Assembly: GCA_045537315.1 (NCBI GenBank)
Contig: JAZSPF010000042.1
Location: forward strand, 1-44,054
Direction of reading: 5' to 3'
DNA length: 44,054 nucleotides
Source: Acutalibacteraceae bacterium
Lineage (GTDB): Bacteria > Bacillota > Clostridia > Oscillospirales > Acutalibacteraceae
A program made the position numbers and the translations under genes. Of the stretch, positions 33,777 through 42,274 are shown one piece after another; the stretch's first letter is position 1, and each line of letters opens with the position of its first letter. Under the pieces are notes generated by a model. That model was not told the origin of the DNA. It searched no databases and saw only the letters and a program-made list of their open reading frames with translations.

Positions 33777-34934
33777 TTAATACATAAGATAGCTCACAAG
33801 CATACTCAGTAGAGTTTCGCCGAAATATGCTGCAAATACAAGCAGGAATGAAGCACCGCCGTATTTTGCGAAGACGCTGATTTTTTCCTGAACTGTCTTT
33901 TTGGCAAGACCTTGGTGTATCATTTTAATGCAGTATTTCTTATACATATCGTTGGCGATGAAGCCGCTTATAAGATGCATTATGAATGTTACTGCGGCAA
34001 CAATTGTGAGAGGAAGCATAATATCATTGATTATAAGCATCATCTGCTCTGACAGCTCGTTTACCATTGCCTCGCTCAGTGTCTCAGCATCCAAAGTAAG
34101 CATATATTCATAAAATTCCATGAAGGGAGTGAGAAGCGGCGCCGTAATTATGCTGATTAAAATCTGCACTGTTATAAAAATTATGCCGGGCTTATAAAGC
34201 TTGCGGTAAAAGAACCAGTAAGGCGAGAATAAGAATGCTGCCCAGTTGAAGCTGTTTCTGCCTCTTATTTCACTCCACTTGAATTTGTTGATATATGTCT
34301 GTGCATTGTTTCTGATAAATGAGCCGAGGGTGTTTGTGCGTACTCCTGAGGTGTAATCTTCAACAGGGAAAGGACCCTTAAAGGTGTTGATTTCCTCATA
34401 ATCGGCATAGCCGCCTAAATTCCACGGGTTCGTACCCTCAGGTCTTTCCTGGGCGCTTTCTTCGCTTGCTTCATCTTCGGTGAAGCCTTCACCTTTGCCG
34501 ATTTCAAATGGTGCCTCATATTCGGGGATATCCTGAGAATGAGCAGAGGGCTTTTCGTCAGGCAGATTTTTACTGTTTAATTTAAGCTCTTCTTTCTGTG
34601 CAGCCTCAACAATATTAACACCGAACATGGTGAATTTCATCGAGCAGTTTCTGCATTCCTTGCTGCCTGCAGGATTTGCCTGACCGCAGTGAGGGCAGAT
34701 TATATCTTCAGCCTCGGCCTCATTTACAAGGGTGGAGCTGAAAATTGCCTTTTTTGTGCTGACTTCGCCCTTCCATACAAAATCTGTGCCGTGAAGGTGA
34801 GCGTTGACACATTCGCCTTTTTCATCATAGCATTCTCTGTGCTGAGGCGTTGCGCACTCGGGGCACACTACAATATCTTCATCATCAAGCAGAGGCTTTT
34901 TGCAGCCGTCGCAATTGTTACCTGTATATCGCAT
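33777..34934 (-). CDS. zinc-finger / zinc-ribbon protein with C-terminal DUF2628-like membrane domain
   Basis: 385 aa. N-terminal CDGC...CPEC...H..C cluster, then a second ribbon CPHCG...CRNC. The C-terminal NWAAFLFSPYWFFYRKLY plus TM helices look like DUF2628. Confidence 0.6.
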   Translation of the reverse strand: MRYTGNNCDGCKKPLLDDEDIVVCPECATPQHRECYDEKGECVNAHLHGTDFVWKGEVSTKKAIFSSTLVNEAEAEDIICPHCGQANPAGSKECRNCSMKFTMFGVNIVEAAQKEELKLNSKNLPDEKPSAHSQDIPEYEAPFEIGKGEGFTEDEASEESAQERPEGTNPWNLGGYADYEEINTFKGPFPVEDYTSGVRTNTLGSFIRNNAQTYINKFKWSEIRGRNSFNWAAFLFSPYWFFYRKLYKPGIIFITVQILISIITAPLLTPFMEFYEYMLTLDAETLSEAMVNELSEQMMLIINDIMLPLTIVAAVTFIMHLISGFIANDMYKKYCIKMIHQGLAKKTVQEKISVFAKYGGASFLLVFAAYFGETLLSMLVSYLMY

Positions 34935-35053
34935 AATAACTCCTTTAAAAATTCTTCTGTCTATTTATTTTATATCCTTTTATAAGAAAAATCAATCATT
35001 TCATATAAAATATTATACCCCCGCTACTTTAAAGCAAATAAAAAGGCTTACTC

Positions 35054-35082
35054 TTGCAAATATCGCTGCAATATTGTATAAT
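35054..35082 (+). promoter_or_regulatory. promoter candidate for mnmE
   Basis: TTGCAA, 17 nt, TATAAT. Confidence 0.55.
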
Positions 35083-35108
35083 GCCATTAGATTTTATGAG
35101 GTGATTTT

Positions 35109-36473
35109 ATGTCAGACACAATTGCTGCCGTTTCCACCCCCATAGCTTCGGGCGGTATCGGCGTTATAAGAATATCGGGCGATGATGCAATAGCACTTGC
35201 CGACAAGGTTTTCAGAGCTACCTCAGGCAAGCCTCTTTCAGCTTTAAAGGGGTACTCTGCCGCCCACGGCAGGGTACATATGAAGGGTGAGGATATTGAC
35301 GAGTGTGTTGCTCTTGTTTTTCGTGAGCCTAAAAGCTACACAGGTGAAAACACGGTGGAAATATCCTGTCACGGAGGTATCTATGTAACCAATCAGGTGC
35401 TTCGTGCCGTGCTGTCGGCGGGAGCAAGACCTGCTGAAGCCGGCGAATTCACAAAAAGAGCCTTCCTTAACGGCAAAATGGATTTATCTGAAGCGGAAGC
35501 GGTTATGTCGCTTATTTCTGCACAGGGTCAGCAGGGAATGAAGGCGGCTATGACAGCCCTCGACGGTGCGCTCAGCCGCAAGACAGATGAGCTTTGCTCG
35601 GCCCTCATATCAGCCTCTGCACATATGGCGGCATGGGTAGATTACCCCGATGAGGAAATCCCCGAAATAAGCGACGACACACTCAGAGAAACTCTCAGTG
35701 AGGTTAAGTCACAGCTGACGGCACTGCTGTCAAAATTTGATGCAGGCAAGGCGCTGACAAGCGGTGTTGACACTGCTATTGTGGGCAAGCCCAATGTTGG
35801 CAAGTCTGCACTGATGAATATGCTCTCAGGCTTCAGCCGCTCAATTGTGACGGATATTGCAGGCACAACAAGAGACGTTGTTGAAGAAACCGTACGGGTG
35901 GGCAGTGTTATACTTCGCCTTGCAGACACTGCAGGCATAAGAGAAAGCGCTGATGTGGTTGAGAGCATTGGTGTTGACCTTGCCAAGACTAAAATTGAGA
36001 GAGCAGGACTCATACTTGCAGTTTTTGACGGCTCGGCAGAGCTTGACGAAAGCGATAAAGAAATATTTGAGCTTTGCAAGGGCAGGGATGTTATAGCTAT
36101 CATCAACAAAACCGACCTGCCATCGAAAACAGATATTGACTATATAAAGAGTGCCTTTAGCGAAACGGTGTTTATTTCCGCCAAGTCACATGAGGGCGAA
36201 GATGACCTGACTGCCGCAATTGAAAGGGTACTCGGCACAGATAAAATAGACACATCAAAGGCAATGCTCACAACAGAGAGACAGCGCACAAATGCTCTTG
36301 CCGCCCTCCACAGCATAAACGAAGCCGTTGCGGCAATTGATATGGGCATCACTATGGACGCGATTAACGTGTGCATAGATACAGCTATCGACCGCCTTCT
36401 TGAGCTGACAGGCAAAAAGGCAAAGGAAAGCGTTGTGGATGAAGTCTTCTCACAGTTCTGCGTGGGTAAATAA
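35109..36473 (+). CDS. mnmE: tRNA modification GTPase MnmE
   Basis: 454 aa. G1 motif GKPNVGKSALMN and the C-terminal FCVGK signature. Confidence 0.95.
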   Translation: MSDTIAAVSTPIASGGIGVIRISGDDAIALADKVFRATSGKPLSALKGYSAAHGRVHMKGEDIDECVALVFREPKSYTGENTVEISCHGGIYVTNQVLRAVLSAGARPAEAGEFTKRAFLNGKMDLSEAEAVMSLISAQGQQGMKAAMTALDGALSRKTDELCSALISASAHMAAWVDYPDEEIPEISDDTLRETLSEVKSQLTALLSKFDAGKALTSGVDTAIVGKPNVGKSALMNMLSGFSRSIVTDIAGTTRDVVEETVRVGSVILRLADTAGIRESADVVESIGVDLAKTKIERAGLILAVFDGSAELDESDKEIFELCKGRDVIAIINKTDLPSKTDIDYIKSAFSETVFISAKSHEGEDDLTAAIERVLGTDKIDTSKAMLTTERQRTNALAALHSINEAVAAIDMGITMDAINVCIDTAIDRLLELTGKKAKESVVDEVFSQFCVGK

Positions 36474-36484
36474 GAGGTGAAGCT

Positions 36485-37213
36485 ATGAATAAAACCGTTC
36501 TCATAACAGGAGCTTCAGGTGGAATAGGACAGGCACTTTGCCGCCGCTTTGCAAAGGAAGGCTATGATATAATACTTCACTATTTCAGCAGTGAAGATAA
36601 GGCTCTGTGTCTTAAAGACGAATTGGAAAAGCAGTATAGCGTTAAGGCGACAGCCGTTAAAGCAGACCTGAGAAGCAAAGAAGAAATTAAGCTTCTCGCT
36701 GAAAAAGCAGGCGGGGCAGATGTCCTCGTCAACAATGCAGGCATGGCATATTTCAGCCTTTTTCAGCTTGCGGACGAAGATAAAATCAAAGAATTGTTCG
36801 ACATTAACCTTATGAGTGCTATGTCTGTTACAAAAGAAATCCTGCCCTCAATGATAAAAAAACAAAAGGGCAGAATTATCAACATCTCCTCTATGTGGGG
36901 CATTTCGGGTGCTTCCTGCGAAGTGCATTACTCCGCAAGCAAGGCAGCTCTTATCGGCTTCACAAAGGCTCTGGCAAAGGAAGTGGGCCCAAGCGGAATA
37001 ACCGTCAACTGTATTGCTCCCGGCTTTATTGACACTGAAATGAACAGCCATCTTGACGAAGAAAGTGTGAAAGAAATAGTTAATGCTACTCCTATGGGCA
37101 GAAAAGGCACAGGTGATGATGTGGCATCTCTCGCTCTTTATCTCTCAAAAGATGAAGCAGGCTTTATCACGGGTCAGGTCATAAGCGTTGACGGAGGATA
37201 CTCAGGGAATTAG
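36485..37213 (+). CDS. short-chain dehydrogenase/reductase, FabG-like
   Basis: TGASGGIGQA cofactor motif and the YSASK catalytic motif. 242 aa. Confidence 0.85.
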   Translation: MNKTVLITGASGGIGQALCRRFAKEGYDIILHYFSSEDKALCLKDELEKQYSVKATAVKADLRSKEEIKLLAEKAGGADVLVNNAGMAYFSLFQLADEDKIKELFDINLMSAMSVTKEILPSMIKKQKGRIINISSMWGISGASCEVHYSASKAALIGFTKALAKEVGPSGITVNCIAPGFIDTEMNSHLDEESVKEIVNATPMGRKGTGDDVASLALYLSKDEAGFITGQVISVDGGYSGN

Positions 37214-37224
37214 AAATAAGAAAT

Positions 37225-37248
37225 AAAAAAGCCCTTTCGGGCTTTTTT
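37225..37248. terminator. bidirectional terminator
   Basis: AAAAAAGCCC-tttc-GGGCTTTTTT. Confidence 0.85.
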
Positions 37249-37249
37249 A

Positions 37250-37480
37250 TTATTTGTTTTCGTCGATGTAAGCAACAAGGTCGCCTACGGTTACGAGCTT
37301 CATAAGCTCTCTGTCGGGAATTTCAATGCCGAAGTGATCCTCTACTTCGCAGATAAGACCGAAAATTTCAAAGGAGTTCATAACCATATCGGTTGTGAAA
37401 ACTGTGCTTTCGGTGAATTCAGGTACGGGATTACCTGTGTAATCCTCAAAGATCTTTTTGAGCTGTTCGATTGTACTCAT
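37250..37480 (-). CDS. acyl carrier protein-like
   Basis: 76 aa, acidic. Candidate phosphopantetheine serine in DMVMNSFEIF. AAAGGAAA RBS. Confidence 0.65.
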   Translation of the reverse strand: MSTIEQLKKIFEDYTGNPVPEFTESTVFTTDMVMNSFEIFGLICEVEDHFGIEIPDRELMKLVTVGDLVAYIDENK

Positions 37481-37548
37481 TTTAATTTTCCTTTCTTATT
37501 TAGCTTTTAGATATAGTAGTTACCCCATAAGTGGGTTTTGGTTCTCTC

Positions 37549-38862
37549 TTATTCTTCTGTGTTCTTTTTGGGCTTTCTGCTTTCAGCAAAACGCTTGTTA
37601 TAGATTTCTTCTGTTGCCAGGGCAATCTTTGTTACCTTGATGTTTTTGTCTTCGGGGAAGATATACCATGTGTCATCAAGTGTGTTAAGATTGATGCAGT
37701 CACGGCCCCAGCCGAAGCGGTATTTATATTCAACATGGCAGGCATACTGCTGAAGGGCGGGGATATCCATTCCGAACTTTTCGCCGTCATATTCGCGTAC
37801 ACCCTCAAGCTTAAAGCCGTCATAATCGTGAACGAGATGACCTTCACCCATATAGATGAAGCCTTTTGCGTTGGGCAGGTCATTAACCTTGACATCGCAT
37901 TCAGTGCGGTATGTGCCGGCATAAACTTCTTTTTTAACTTCTTCGCGTTCCCACTTGTACCAATCTGAGGGGAATTTGAATTCGGTTTCGCCCTTGTCAG
38001 CCTCAAGCTCACCGTAGTAGTTGAGAGTCCAGCTCTTGCCGCATTCGCCGCAGAAAAGTTGTGCGCCCTTTGAGCTCATTTTTGTTTCGCAACCGCAGGC
38101 GGGACATTTGTAAAGAATATTATCGAGACCTTCTGCACGGGTCTTTTTCTTAACCTTTACTCTGTTTTCGCTCTGCCATCTCCAGTCGTCGTTCCAGAGA
38201 GCTTCTCTTATTTTTGCATTGATTTCTTCGGGAGTAGCTGCCTTAACCTGCTCAGCAGTCATAAGCTGTGTCTGAACGGCTTCTGTTCTGAGGAACCAAC
38301 GGAAGGATTTCATATTCCAGTAAGGATTATAAATATGGTGACCCATCATCTTGATGGTTACAACAGGTACACCGAGGAATTTGACGAGCTGACCCACGGA
38401 ATCGGGTATAACCTCTGTGATGCCGCACAGTGAGTAACGAGCCTCAGCATAAAGGCCATACATTTCGCCGTTTTTGACAACCTTTCTTCCGATACGGATA
38501 AGGCTGAGGTCTGTTGTGAACTTTCTTGTGGGAATAATGCCTATTCTTCTTGAAACCCATTCTCTGCCGATGAAGTCGTCAACTGCACCGGGGAAGTGAC
38601 CTCTGTGAGGCTTTATAAGTGAACTCATAATATAGAAATCATAGAATGAGTTATGATTGCAAATAAGAATGTAGGGAGGCTTTACACCTTCCATATTATT
38701 TTTTTCAACTTTAACTCTGTGGAGCCACTGTCTTAATGTTGTACCTATCCAGATAATCCAGACAAGGTACCATTTCTGTCCCTTGGGTTCCTGAGTCATA
38801 TCAAACTTTTTTTCTGCCGGCGGACCTTGCCAGATACGCTTGCCGATTTTCTTGTATTTCAT
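37549..38862 (-). CDS. PlsC-family acyltransferase with C-terminal zinc-ribbon-containing extension
   Basis: HX4D motif in ICNHNSFYDF. The later CPACG...CGECG ribbon is followed by about 150 aa I do not recognise. The start is uncertain: 38862 (MKYKK), 38880 (ATG) or 38940 (TTG). A TATAAT lies inside the longest version. Confidence 0.7.
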   Translation of the reverse strand: MKYKKIGKRIWQGPPAEKKFDMTQEPKGQKWYLVWIIWIGTTLRQWLHRVKVEKNNMEGVKPPYILICNHNSFYDFYIMSSLIKPHRGHFPGAVDDFIGREWVSRRIGIIPTRKFTTDLSLIRIGRKVVKNGEMYGLYAEARYSLCGITEVIPDSVGQLVKFLGVPVVTIKMMGHHIYNPYWNMKSFRWFLRTEAVQTQLMTAEQVKAATPEEINAKIREALWNDDWRWQSENRVKVKKKTRAEGLDNILYKCPACGCETKMSSKGAQLFCGECGKSWTLNYYGELEADKGETEFKFPSDWYKWEREEVKKEVYAGTYRTECDVKVNDLPNAKGFIYMGEGHLVHDYDGFKLEGVREYDGEKFGMDIPALQQYACHVEYKYRFGWGRDCINLNTLDDTWYIFPEDKNIKVTKIALATEEIYNKRFAESRKPKKNTEE

Positions 38863-39051
38863 AAATCCATAAACCCCCATTTTATATTGGTTGTAGTAAT
38901 TATAGCAAATTTTCTTCTTTTTTGCAACAAAATCAGACAAAATCGGGATAAAAATGTCACTTTAGACAAAATGTTTTGATCCTACATAGTTTTTTTCAAT
39001 GAAAAGCCTATGGTCAGTGAAAATACTGTTACGAAACAGTAAACGAATATG

Positions 39052-39086
39052 TAAAAACAGAGCTGCCAGCAATGTGACAGCTCTGT
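39052..39086 (-). terminator. rho-independent terminator of the EF-G-like gene
   Basis: On the minus strand: ACAGAGCTG-...-CAGCTCTGT followed by TTTTT. Confidence 0.75.
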
Positions 39087-39103
39087 GAGTGACGAAATTT
39101 TAA

Positions 39104-41173
39104 TTATTCTTCGGCGTCTTTCTTAGCGTCTTCAATAACCTTTTGAGCTACGTTGGCAGGAGCATCCTCATATCTTGCGAATGTAAGGCTGAAATAGCCT
39201 CTGCCTGCTGTTACTGAACGAAGTGTTGTTGAGAAGTCGCCCATTTCTGCCATGGGTACTTCGGCAACGAGTTCCTGCATCATAGGCTCATCTGCTGCAC
39301 CCATACCGAGTACGCGGCCACGGCGCTTTGTGATATCACCCATAATGTCACCCAGGTTGATGTCGGGCATATAAACCTTAAGCTCACCGATGGGTTCAAG
39401 GATAACGGGGCTTGCCTGAGCCATACCATTCTTGAAGGCTATCTTAGCGGCTGTCTTGAATGCCATTTCGTTTGAGTCAACGGGATGGTATGAGCCGTCG
39501 TAAAGCACTGCCTTAAGACCAACAACGGGATAACCTGCAAGGGGACCCTTGAGGATAGCTTCCTGAAGACCTTTTTCAACTGCAGGGAAGAAGTTCTTGG
39601 GTACTGAGCCGCCGACAACTTCTGTTTCGAAGATAAGGTGATCTTCTGTATGGGGTTCGAAGCGTACCCAAACATCACCGAACTGACCTGAACCGCCTGA
39701 CTGCTTCTTGTGACGTCCCTGAACCTGACAGGTCTTGCGGATGGTCTCTCTGTATGCAACCTTGGGAATGCGAAGGTCGATTTCTACGCCGTACTTTGTC
39801 TTGAGCTTTGAAACAACGATATCAAGATGCTGTTCGCCGAGACCTGAAAGTACCATTTCCTTGGTTTCTTCATTTGTTGCAAACTTAACTGTGGGATCTT
39901 CGTCCATAATCTTACGAAGACCTGAAGCAACCTTTTCTTCTTCGCCCTTTTTCTTAACTACAACTGCCATTGAAAGTGAAGCTGCGGGGAAGTCTACGCC
40001 TTCGAGAGTGATGGGCTTTTTAGCTGAGCAGATAGTGTCACCTGTCTGAACATCCTGAAGCTTTGTGATAACGCCGATGTCACCCAGGTCGATAGCTGCT
40101 GTGTCTTCCTGCTTAATACCCTTAACGGTAACGAGCTTACCCATTCTCTGGGTTTCGCCTGTTCTTGCGTTATAGCAGGGTGTGTCGGGAGTAATCTTAC
40201 CTGCAAGCACCTTAACGAAGGACATCTTGCCTACGAAGGGGTCAGAGATTGTCTTGAAGCAAAGAGCTGCAAGGTCTTCCTTGGCTGAGCAAGCAATTTC
40301 AACATCGTTGCCGTCTGCATCCTTAGCGATTTCAGGCTTAGCCTTATCGGGTGAGGGAGCTGAATATACAATAGCGTCAAGGAGCATATCACAGCCGTCA
40401 ACCTTAGTTGCTGAAAGTGCATAAACAGGATAGATTTCGCCTGTTTCAACGCCCTTTGTAAGTCCGTTTATGATTTCTTCTTTTGTGAGAGGTTCGCCTT
40501 CAAAGAATTTTTCCATAAGCTCTTCGTCAACGGTTGCAACAGCTTCTTCAAGAGCTGCTCTCATAGCAAGAATATTCTCATCTGAAGGGATTTCAATTTC
40601 AACGGGTCTGCCGTTGGGATATTTGAAAGCCTTGTTTGAGCAAAGATTTACAAAAGCTTCGCAAACGCCGCCGTTCATATAAGGTACAACAACGGGGCAG
40701 AGCTTTGTGCCGAGATGTGCCTTTAAGGTGTCAAATGTTTTATAGAAATCTCTGTGCTCTGAGTCAACCTTTGTGATTGCAAAGAACTTAGCGATATTTC
40801 TTGCATCTGCTGCCTTTATAGCCTTTTCAAGACCGACGTCGATGCCTGAGCCTGCTGATGTAACGATAAGTGCGCAGTCTGCTGCACGCATAGCTTCAGC
40901 CATTCCGCCGGCGAAGTCGAACTTACCGGGGGCATCAAGAACGTTAATCTTTGTGTCTCTCCACTCTAATGATGCAGTTGCAGCTGAGATTGAGCACTTG
41001 CGCTTCTTTTCTTCTGCATCGTAGTCCATTATTGTATTACCGTCGATTACACGGCCGAGTCTGTCTGTTACACCTGCAACATAGAACATAGCTTCTGCAA
41101 GTGCTGTCTTACCTTTACCTGTATGTCCCGCAATGGCGATGTTTCTGATGTTGTTTACTGAATAAGATTTCAA
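39104..41173 (-). CDS. elongation factor G paralog (EF-G2-like translational GTPase)
   Basis: About 689 aa with five-domain EF-G length. G1 AGHTGKGKT, G3 DAPG, G4 TKVD. Start is probably the TTG at 41173, 8 nt after GGAGG; the ORF-track start at 41179 is only 2 nt from the RBS. Confidence 0.8.
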   Translation of the reverse strand: MKSYSVNNIRNIAIAGHTGKGKTALAEAMFYVAGVTDRLGRVIDGNTIMDYDAEEKKRKCSISAATASLEWRDTKINVLDAPGKFDFAGGMAEAMRAADCALIVTSAGSGIDVGLEKAIKAADARNIAKFFAITKVDSEHRDFYKTFDTLKAHLGTKLCPVVVPYMNGGVCEAFVNLCSNKAFKYPNGRPVEIEIPSDENILAMRAALEEAVATVDEELMEKFFEGEPLTKEEIINGLTKGVETGEIYPVYALSATKVDGCDMLLDAIVYSAPSPDKAKPEIAKDADGNDVEIACSAKEDLAALCFKTISDPFVGKMSFVKVLAGKITPDTPCYNARTGETQRMGKLVTVKGIKQEDTAAIDLGDIGVITKLQDVQTGDTICSAKKPITLEGVDFPAASLSMAVVVKKKGEEEKVASGLRKIMDEDPTVKFATNEETKEMVLSGLGEQHLDIVVSKLKTKYGVEIDLRIPKVAYRETIRKTCQVQGRHKKQSGGSGQFGDVWVRFEPHTEDHLIFETEVVGGSVPKNFFPAVEKGLQEAILKGPLAGYPVVGLKAVLYDGSYHPVDSNEMAFKTAAKIAFKNGMAQASPVILEPIGELKVYMPDINLGDIMGDITKRRGRVLGMGAADEPMMQELVAEVPMAEMGDFSTTLRSVTAGRGYFSLTFARYEDAPANVAQKVIEDAKKDAEE

Positions 41174-41348
41174 TTCCAATACCTCCTAAGACCTCATTTT
41201 TACAAGGTCCCTAATTATTTTAAAACCTCAAAGTTTTCTCCTTTTGAAGTTAACATTAGTTATTTTATCATAAATTAGACAAAAAAACAACGGATTATTG
41301 ACTAATTTTATGCATTATTTTTTGGTCAGTGTGTATAAAAACCTAAAT

Positions 41349-41760
41349 AAATGCAAAATGCAGAGTGTAGAATGCGGAATTGTGGTCGTTACTTTTAAAG
41401 TGCAGAACGCAGAACGCAGAGTGCAGAACGGTGGTCGCGTGTAAAGCTCTGCTTAAGGATAATTCTTACCAGCAAAGGAAATTGGTATCAGATACCGACT
41501 CCCAAGATTATAATCCTTATCCGTCACTGCGTGACACCTTCCCTTGTGTTAAGGGGAAGGCGTAAATAAAGCAAGTCACTACCGATTTGGAAGTGACTTG
41601 CCATCGTTTATTAAGATTGATGAGTTTTGCCGCCTTTGAGCTTCATCTACGCGGAGGGAGACTCAAGGTTAGTCAGTGGTGAAGTCGCGACCACCGTTCT
41701 GCACTCTGCGCTCTGCGTTCTGCACTTTAAAAGTCGCGACCGCAATTTAGCATTTTTAAA
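41349..41760 (-). repeat. heptad-TIR element, copy E2 (about 410 bp, core inverted relative to E1)
   Basis: Two heptad units on the left (41349-41441). On the right, an inverted unit 2 plus a truncated unit 1 (41684-41760). The core aligns to the reverse complement of the E1 core and carries an extra ~60 nt (41510-41570). Confidence 0.85.
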
Positions 41761-42274
41761 TAGCTATCATAATGCTGATAACGAGAATTGCAAGGAAGGT
41801 CAATGAGTACCTCTCAAGATAAGCGCCCACATAAGTTATTGCAACACCCGGAGCGTAAATAATCTTCTGAAGGATGTTGCCATTATGATAAACCTTATCT
41901 ACCATATTCATGGCATCCTCAATAAGAGGGAAGGCGTTGCAGAAAAGTGAAACCGCAAACCAATAGGAAACTGCGCAGGTAGCGACTAAGAATGCACCTT
42001 TGAACTGTAACCACAGAAGCATCATTGCAGGAATAAGACCGAAGATGAAGGCACCCAGCATATTGAAGAAGAAGGGTACAAAGCACATAGCGAAGGCTGA
42101 ACGTGCAGTGGGCATAAGCTCGTGCTCAATGTGGCTTGACATTTCATCGCGTCTGAGGTAACGGTTATCCTCAACAACAACCTTTGAAGCACGGCATACG
42201 GTCTGTTCCCACATGCCTCTGACAAGGGCACCGGGAGCTGTTAAATATTTAAGAAAGATGTAAAGTCCTGTCAT
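41756..42274 (-). CDS. hypothetical polytopic membrane protein
   Basis: 172 aa with 4 hydrophobic segments. Its ATG overlaps the stop of the upstream gene (ATGA at 42274). Confidence 0.6.
   Translation of the reverse strand: MTGLYIFLKYLTAPGALVRGMWEQTVCRASKVVVEDNRYLRRDEMSSHIEHELMPTARSAFAMCFVPFFFNMLGAFIFGLIPAMMLLWLQFKGAFLVATCAVSYWFAVSLFCNAFPLIEDAMNMVDKVYHNGNILQKIIYAPGVAITYVGAYLERYSLTFLAILVISIMIAI

Noticed and set aside
39104-41179. Tet(M)/Tet(O)-type ribosomal protection (resistance) protein.
   Set aside because: The length (about 690 aa) and the GHTGKGKT...EAMFY N-terminus fit the EF-G2 class better than the ~640-aa Tet(M) class, and there is no mobile-element context. A definitive answer needs a phylogeny.
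31695-41760. Composite transposon or genomic island bounded by E1 and E2.
   Set aside because: The block has no transposase, integrase or recombinase. It contains housekeeping mnmE and ordinary metabolic genes, and shows no obvious compositional break by eye. The observation is kept only as a possible inversion substrate.
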